From assembly GCA_963764805.1 (NCBI GenBank), contig CAVXUB010000006.1:288598-352597 (forward strand): DNA of 64,000 nt, written 5' to 3'. A model generated the notes under the pieces. It was given only the letters and a program-made list of their open reading frames with translations, had not been told where the DNA came from and made no database searches. The stretch is from an uncultured Actinomycetota bacterium. Its GTDB lineage: Bacteria; Actinomycetota; Acidimicrobiia; Acidimicrobiales; Bog-793. The translations under genes and the position numbers were made by a program. Below are positions 57,283 through 64,000 of this stretch, in pieces; positions within the stretch are counted from its first letter, which is position 1; the number at the start of each line of letters is the position of its first letter.

Positions 57283-58154
57283 CAGAAGAACCTCGGGTCG
57301 TGGATCGTGCCCATCGACACGAGGAAGACGTAGAAGTCGCACACCACGATGGAGATCAGCGACATCCAGGCGAAGAGCATGTGGTGTCCGTTGAGAGGTG
57401 TCACGAGATCCCAGAGCTTCTTGCGGATCGGCGCCTTCGAGAAGGACTTTAGGTGGCCGCCACAGAGATGCCGGCACGCATGGCAGCTGAGGGTGTACAG
57501 CCAGATCAAGACGGCGTTGACGACGAAGAAGACCGTCCCGAGCGCCATCCCCACCCCGTTCGGGAACCTGAAGGCGGTGATTGCGTCCCAGGTCAGGATC
57601 CCGGCGAAGATCACGGCGAAGTACCACGTGTAGCGGTGCACGTTCTGGATGATCAGCGGGAACTTCGTCTCGCCGGAGTAGCGCCTGCGCCAGCTCTTGG
57701 AGCCGGCGTCTGCGACGGCGCAGGCAGGAGGCGATCCCCAGAAGGACCGGTAGTACGCCTTCCTGTAGTAGTAGCAGGTGGCCCGGAAGGCGAGCGGGAA
57801 GATGAGCACCAGCAGCGCCGGCGAGATCGACGACGCGGTGATCGGCCCCCAGCCGTAGCCGTGCGAGAAGCATGCGTTCGTCAGGCACGGGGAGTAGAAG
57901 GGCGACAGGTAGTCGCGGCCCCCGCTGGTGGCGAACCCAGCCGTGGGTGTGAACCCGACGTACCAATGGCTGCCTCGAAACGCCGCCCACGTCCCATACA
58001 CGACAAAGCTCGTGAGGCCGAACACCGTGAGTGCCGGCTGCACCCACCACCTGTCCTTGCGCAGCACGGTGGTGAGATCTGGTCCCCCCCGAACGCCCCC
58101 GATGGACACCGGCGTGACGGTCGGACGCACCTCAGCATCCTCGACGATCGTCAT
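57282..58154 (-). CDS. Sdh1-type membrane anchor (Rv0249c-like)
   Basis: YLSPFYSPC, FRATCYYYRKAYYR, PPACAV, QNVHRY, SCHACRH and HMLFAW; AAGGAGG RBS; coupled to sdhA. Confidence 0.85.
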   Translation of the reverse strand: MTIVEDAEVRPTVTPVSIGGVRGGPDLTTVLRKDRWWVQPALTVFGLTSFVVYGTWAAFRGSHWYVGFTPTAGFATSGGRDYLSPFYSPCLTNACFSHGYGWGPITASSISPALLVLIFPLAFRATCYYYRKAYYRSFWGSPPACAVADAGSKSWRRRYSGETKFPLIIQNVHRYTWYFAVIFAGILTWDAITAFRFPNGVGMALGTVFFVVNAVLIWLYTLSCHACRHLCGGHLKSFSKAPIRKKLWDLVTPLNGHHMLFAWMSLISIVVCDFYVFLVSMGTIHDPRFF

Positions 58155-58466
58155 CGCCGGTCCTCCTTGTGCCTCATCTGCCACCTTTCGTCGGAGTGTG
58201 TCGGGTCGGCCCGCGCGCGACCAGATCGGCGGGAGGGCCGCTCCTCATACTTCCACCATCAGCCCGGACAGCGAAAGCGAGGGGCCGCGGCCGGCCGTCG
58301 CCTGCCGTCGGGTGCCTAGGCTCGGCATGTCGCCAGTCCGTGGTTCCGGAGCGCCGCCAGGCCGTGCCTTCGGGCGCCGCGATCTGCGGTCGCAATTAGC
58401 TGACAAACGCCGGATGCTCGCTTAGCCTGCCGGGACGGCAGGCGACGTCGAGCTGGGAGGGATCGA

Positions 58467-61400
58467 GTGGGCCGGGTGAGGCAGAGAACTTGGCTTGCTA
58501 TAGCGTGCGCAACAGGGGTCGGGGCGTCGATGGCCGCCGTGCCGGCGGCCCAGGCAGCCCTCAACGCATCGTCAGTGCAGGCCGCGACTCGTCAGGGGGC
58601 TCAACTGGCGGCCGCCACGCCCGGGCCGACCAGCAAGGTGATCGTCATCATGCGCGACACAGCCGGCGGTCTCGCTCCGAGGTCCACGGCGCGCCGGAGC
58701 GCGCTGCTGGCGGAGGAGACCCCGCTCCTGGCGAGGTTGCGGGCGGGCGGCGGGAGCGTCGAGTTCGTCGGGAAGGCGCTTCCGCTCCTCGTTGCGTCGG
58801 TCACCCCCGCACAGCGCTCCGCACTGGAGTCGAACCCGCTCGTCGAGGCCGTTCTGCCGGACAGCACGATCCCCTACCCGGCCTCCGAGGGGGCAGGGAG
58901 CGGCCTGGCAGGGAGCGCCGCGGTGGCGCAGCTTCAGCAGGCGGGGTCACATCAGGCCGGCTCACATCAGGCGGCCCGGGCGACCACGAAGAACGCCGCC
59001 CCCTCGATCTGTGGCACCTCCTCGAGCCCGGAGGTCGACCCCCAGGCGGTCAGCGCGATCAAGGCGCTGGCGGCGATCAACCTCGGGTACGACGGTGCGG
59101 GTGTCGAGGTCGCCGATGTAGCCGGCCCGATCGACACGACCATTCTCCGACCTGCAGCGGAACCCGGCCTACGCCTCGGCCGGCTCCCCGGCGGGCACGC
59201 CGGTGGTCTCGACTGTCGACTTCACGGGAGACCCCGTAGGGACGCCCAGCGGAGACGCCGCCGCCGACGCGTTCGCTGACGCCAGCGCCATCGGCGCCCA
59301 GGAGAACTCCACCTACGACATCAGCACCTTCGTCAATGCGGCCCACCCGCTGCCGTCCGGCTGCGACATCCAGCTGGTCGGGGCGGCGCCCGGCGCCAGC
59401 ATCCTCGGCGAGAACGTCTTCTCGGCCGTGCACGACACGACCGAGTCCAACCTCATCGAGGCGATCGACTACGCCGCCGCCGGTGGCGCCAAGGTGCTCG
59501 ACGAGTCCTTCGGCACGGACAACCTGCCCGACACAGCGCTCGATGCCACTCGCCTCGCCGATGACCTGGCGGTCGCCGCCGGGGTGACGGTCGTCGCCAG
59601 CGGAGGGGAGGCGGGGGTCACGAGCACGCTCGACTCGCCGTCGACGGACCCGGACGTGATCTCCGTCGGGGCCTCGACGACGTTTCGCGCCTACCAGCAG
59701 GTGACCTATGGGGGCATCGACGCCACGACTCCTACTGCAACGAACGGCAGCTGGCTCGACAACAACATCTCCAGTGCTTCCTCGGGCGGCTTCGCCCAGG
59801 ACGGCAGGATGCCCGACCTCGTCGCCCCCGGCGACTTGAACTGGGCGCTCTGCAGCACCAACACGGCCGTCTACACGAGCTGCACCGACTTCGAGAGCCC
59901 GCCGCAGCCTTCGCCGCTCGAGCTCGCAGACGGCAGCAGTGAGTCCTCCTCGCTGGCGGCGGCTGCCGCGGCCGACGTCATCCAGGCCTACGCCTCGGCC
60001 CACGGCGGAACCGATCCAACGCCTGCTCTCGTGAAGCAGATCCTGATGAGCACGGCCACCGACCTCGACGCGCCGGCGGAGCAGCAGGGCGCCGGGCTGC
60101 TCGACGTGCTGGCTGCCGTCAAGATGGCGCTCTCGATCAGGGGAACGAGCGGGACCCCCGAGGGCGGGATCCTCACCAGCCCGAACCAGATCGACATCAG
60201 CCAGAACCCGGGTGCCAGCACGAGCAGGAGGATCAGCTTCACCAACACCGGCGATGCCTCGGTCAGCGTGCGCCTGTCGACTCGTGCGCTGACGCATCAG
60301 GCGAGCGCCCAGAGCGGCAGCTTCTGCCTCGATCCGTCGTCGACGGCCATCCATGGGTGCGGGCCGCCGACGGCGAACACCTTCGCCGACTGGAACGGGG
60401 CAACGGCGGTCTACCAGGAGGAGACGTTCAGCGTTCCGACCATGACCGCCTCGTCCCGGCTCGACTTCTCGGCCGACTACCCCGACACCGGGCAGGCGTG
60501 GCCGCTGCAGGTGGCGCTGATCGACCCGGCCGGCGCTTTCGCCGGCTACTCCCTCCCGCAGGGACTGGGCGATTACGCCAACATCCAGGTGAGCGACCCG
60601 GCGGCGGGTACGTGGACTGCCGTCTTCTTCACTCTGAAGAACGGCAGCAACGGCAAGGGCACGTCCGGCGTGGTCCAGTGGAGCGCGATCACATCTGAGT
60701 ACCAGGCCGCCGGCTCCATCTCGCCGTCCAGCCTGACGCTGGCGGCGGGGGCGACCGGCACCGCCACGTTCACCGCCACCAGCTCCTCGACGGCGGGCGA
60801 CGCGGCGCAGTCGATCGTCGTCAACGCCGCGGGAGCGCAGTCGACGATCCCCGTCTCGGTGCGGACTCTCGTCCCGCTCGGGCCGAGCGGGGGGACCTTC
60901 AGCGGGGTGCTCACCGGCGGCAACGGCCGCGCCGGGAGCCAGGCGCAGCTCAACACCTACGAGTTCACGCTGCCGGCGGGGCTGCACGACGTCGACGTGA
61001 GCGCCGCCTTTCGCGACGCCAACAGCCCGGTCGTCGCCTACCTGGTCGACCAGAACGGGACGACGCTGGCCTCCTCGTCGAGCCTCACCCTGGATTCTCA
61101 GGGTTCGGTGGTGGCGACGCCCGACGTCAACCTCTACAAGGACTCGCCGGCTGCCGGCACCTACCTGCTCGAGCTCTACTGGATGCAGCCTGTCTCCGGT
61201 TCGGAGCTGTCGATGACGTTCACGGGAGCGGTTCGTTTCGATCAGGTGAGCGTCAGCTCGAACCTGCCAAAGACTCCCTACTCGGTGCTGCAACCGGGCC
61301 AGCCGTACACGTTCAACGTGACGATCAAGAACACAGGGCTCTCGCCTGAGGCGTTCTTCCTCGACCCGCGGACCGCGGGGACACAGACCATCACCCTTCC

Positions 61401-62776
61401 CGACCTCAACGGCAGCGACCAGAACATGAGCCTGCCCCTCGCCCCCGGCACGAGCTTCCCGTTGTACGACGTCCCGACGCACACGATGCAGGTGGACACA
61501 GCGCTCAGCGGATCGGTCCCCGTCACCTACGACATCGAGTACCTCGGCGGGGACCCGGACCTCTCGCCCGCGGTGCCGGCGCCACACGTGCAGGAATCGA
61601 ACTCCGGCGACACGGCGTCTCTCGACTTCAGCGGGACGCCGACGGTCGGCTCGGGGCTCTGGGCGCTCAACCCGAGCGAGCTCGGTCCATACCCGGCAAG
61701 CGGCGCTCCCTCCGCCACTGCCAGCGACACCTTCTCGGCGGTGACCCAGGCGTTCGACCCGACAGTCACGACAGCCGGCGGCGACCTCTGGTCGGCCAGC
61801 GCGTTCAACGGCCTCTCCCCGAACTTCGCGCCCGTGCAGATAGCGCCAGGCGCTACCGCATCGATCCCGCTCACGATCACGCCGACGGCCCCCGCCGCGA
61901 ACAGACGTCAGTGGCACCATCGACGTCGACGACGTCTTCCAGGCGGACCTGCTGCTCGGGTTCCCCGACGTGAACGCCGACGAGCTCACCTCACTACCGT
62001 TCAGCTACCGCGTGGCGAGCCCGCTGCAGGGCTACTGGATCTCGGGCAGGGACGGCGGCGTCTTCCACTTCGGCTACGGGCACTTCTACGGTTCCGCCGC
62101 CGGCATGACCGACAGCCCGGTGGTCGGCATGGCTGCGTCCGTGGATCATTCCGGCTACTACCTGGTGACGGCGGCCGGTCAGGTGTACTCCTTCGGAGAC
62201 GCTGCCTACCGGGGAGGGATGCTGTCGGCGCCGGTGCCGATCGCGGCGATGGCCACCGACGCCTCCGGGTACGGCTACTGGCTCGTCGACCAGCACGGGC
62301 ACGTCACGAAGTTCGGCGACGCGGTCAACTGGGGCGGCGAGAACTTCACGATCCAGCACGAGACCGTCGTCGGCATGGCGTCGACGGCCGACGGCCTCGG
62401 CTACTGGCTGGTGACCGCCGACGGCAACGTGCTGCCCTTCGGCGACGCGAGGGGCTACGGCGACCCGCACGCCTCGGGCCTGCACCTGGCGGCGCCCTTG
62501 GTCGGGATGGCGGCGACGCCGGACGGCCACGGCTACTACCTGGTCGGCGCCGACGGGGGAGTGTTCGCCTACGGCGACGCAAAGTTCCGCGGCTCGATGA
62601 TCGGACACCACCTGAACGGCCCGGCGGTGGCGCTGGCGCTACCGCAGACCGGCACCGGCTACTGGATCTTCGCCCAGGACGGCGGCGTGTTCGCCTTCGG
62701 CACCGCCCACTTCTTCGGGTCGCTGGCTGCCTCTCGCGTCTCTGCCCGCAGTGGGGGAGCCTCGGCCAACGCCTGA
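58467..62776 (+). CDS. Large secreted S8 (subtilase)-like protein with a propeptide, beta-rich domains and C-terminal GYWLV repeats (indels near 59146 and 61903)
   Basis: Signal peptide; I9-like propeptide; GYDGAGVEV, GAAPGA, VISVGAST, PDLVAPG, VKQILMSTA and QGAGLLDV; repeats in ORF 61970..62776. Confidence 0.8.
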
Positions 62777-62778
62777 TG

Positions 62779-62820
62779 CCGGCAGGCACCGGCCGCCGCC
62801 GGCCGGCCGGTGCCTGCCGG
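62779..62820 (+). terminator. Strong hairpin after the S8 gene (U-less terminator-like)
   Basis: CCGGCAGGCACCGGCCG-N8-CGGCCGGTGCCTGCCGG, a perfect 17-bp stem. Confidence 0.7.
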
Positions 62821-62857
62821 TGGAACCGGGAGTTCCGCTCTATAGGCTCGGCCCATC

Positions 62858-64000
62858 ATGAGTGAGACAGAAGCCTTATCGCAGCCGCAGACCGCCTCCC
62901 TGCCGGCGACGCTCGGCGAGCTGCGAGCGTCGGGTTGGCAGTCGGTCCCGGTCAAGACGGAGATCCGCCGCAACGCCGTCAAGCGGATCGCCTCCGGGCA
63001 GCCGATCGTCGAGGGCGTTCTCGGCTACGACAGCACCGTCCTCCCGCAGCTCGAGCGTGCCCTCCTGGCCGGCCACGACATCATCTTCCTCGGCGAGCGG
63101 GGCCAGGCCAAGAGCCGGATGATCCGCTCGCTCACCTCCCTGCTCGACGAGTGGATGCCGATCGTGGCCGGGTCCGAGATCAACGACGACCCGTACCACC
63201 CGACCTCGCGCCATGCGCTCGACATGATCACGCTGATGGGCGACGAGACCCCGATCGCCTGGGTCCACCGGCACGACCGGCTGGGCGAGAAGCTGGCCAC
63301 TCCCGACACCTCGATCGCCGACCTGATCGGCGAGGTCGACCCGATCCGGGTGGCCGAGGGCCGTTACCTCTCCGACGAGCTGACGATCCACTACGGCCTC
63401 GTGCCGCGCACCAACCGCGGCATCTTCGCCATCAACGAGCTTCCGGACCTCGCCGAGCGGATCCAGGTCGGCCTGCTCAACGTGCTCGAGGAGCGCGACG
63501 TCCAGATCCGCGGCTACAAGGTGCGGCTGCCGCTCGACGTCTTCCTGGTCGCCAGCGCCAACCCCGAGGACTACACCAACAGGGGGCGGATCATCACGCC
63601 GCTCAAGGATCGTTTCGGAGCGCAGATCCGCACGCACTACCCGGTGGACCTGGAGACCGAGCTGGAGGTGATCGCCCAGGAGGCGGTCCCTGTCGCCGAC
63701 GACGGGCTGCGGGTGGAAGTGCCCGACTACATGGTCGAGATCGTCGGGCTGCTCAGCCAGCTCGCCCGCGAGAGCCCGCGCATCAACCAGCGGTCGGGGG
63801 TCTCGGTGCGGCTCTCGATCTCCAACTACGAGACCCTCGTGGCAGCAGCGATCCGGCGGGCGCTTCGCAGCGGCGAGACCGAGGCGATCCCCCGCGTCTC
63901 GGATCTCGACGCGCTCGTCGCCTCCACCCTCGGCAAGGTCGAGGTGGAGTCGCTGGAGTCGGGCGAGGACGCCGAGATCGTGGGGAGGTTGCTGCAGGCG
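62858..64000 (+). CDS. Mg-chelatase/MoxR-like AAA+ ATPase, Rv0958-like (runs off the window end)
   Basis: Read directly from ATG 62858: PATLGELRASG, LGERGQAKSR, EKLATPD, INELPDLAERIQ, ASANPEDYTNRG and DRFGAQIRTHYP. Confidence 0.85.
   Translation, partial: MSETEALSQPQTASLPATLGELRASGWQSVPVKTEIRRNAVKRIASGQPIVEGVLGYDSTVLPQLERALLAGHDIIFLGERGQAKSRMIRSLTSLLDEWMPIVAGSEINDDPYHPTSRHALDMITLMGDETPIAWVHRHDRLGEKLATPDTSIADLIGEVDPIRVAEGRYLSDELTIHYGLVPRTNRGIFAINELPDLAERIQVGLLNVLEERDVQIRGYKVRLPLDVFLVASANPEDYTNRGRIITPLKDRFGAQIRTHYPVDLETELEVIAQEAVPVADDGLRVEVPDYMVEIVGLLSQLARESPRINQRSGVSVRLSISNYETLVAAAIRRALRSGETEAIPRVSDLDALVASTLGKVEVESLESGEDAEIVGRLLQA

Overview
A 64-kb, very GC-rich window that looks like an actinobacterial chromosome, most likely class Acidimicrobiia (inferred from gene order and from the GYWLVxxDGGVFxFG repeat proteins). 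The backbone is conserved housekeeping synteny: tsaE(3' end)-tsaB-rimI-tsaD, CIRCE-groES-groEL, guaB3-guaA-pcrA, sucCD, ilvA, purN-purH-folD, metF, icd, an Sdh1-type succinate dehydrogenase and a glnA4-type gamma-glutamylation cluster. Six predicted GT-C-fold membrane glycosyltransferases and one GT2/DUF2304 donor module are interleaved in this backbone. About 20 single-base frameshifts, many in essential genes, look like uncorrected read or assembly indels, so split genes are reported as joined CDSs and apparent fusions are rejected. I saw no rRNA, tRNA, CRISPR array, integrase or transposase. Best leads: (1) an AbiEi-wHTH/DUF559 nuclease gene preceded by a duplicated 46-bp palindrome and a possible DNA-damage promoter, with other long intergenic palindromes elsewhere in the window; (2) a GlyA-like PLP enzyme that has lost several folate-site residues; (3) the dispersed GT-C expansion; (4) a large secreted subtilase with a degenerate catalytic site and Acidimicrobiia-type C-terminal repeats. 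All product calls come from motif recognition by eye; no searches were run.
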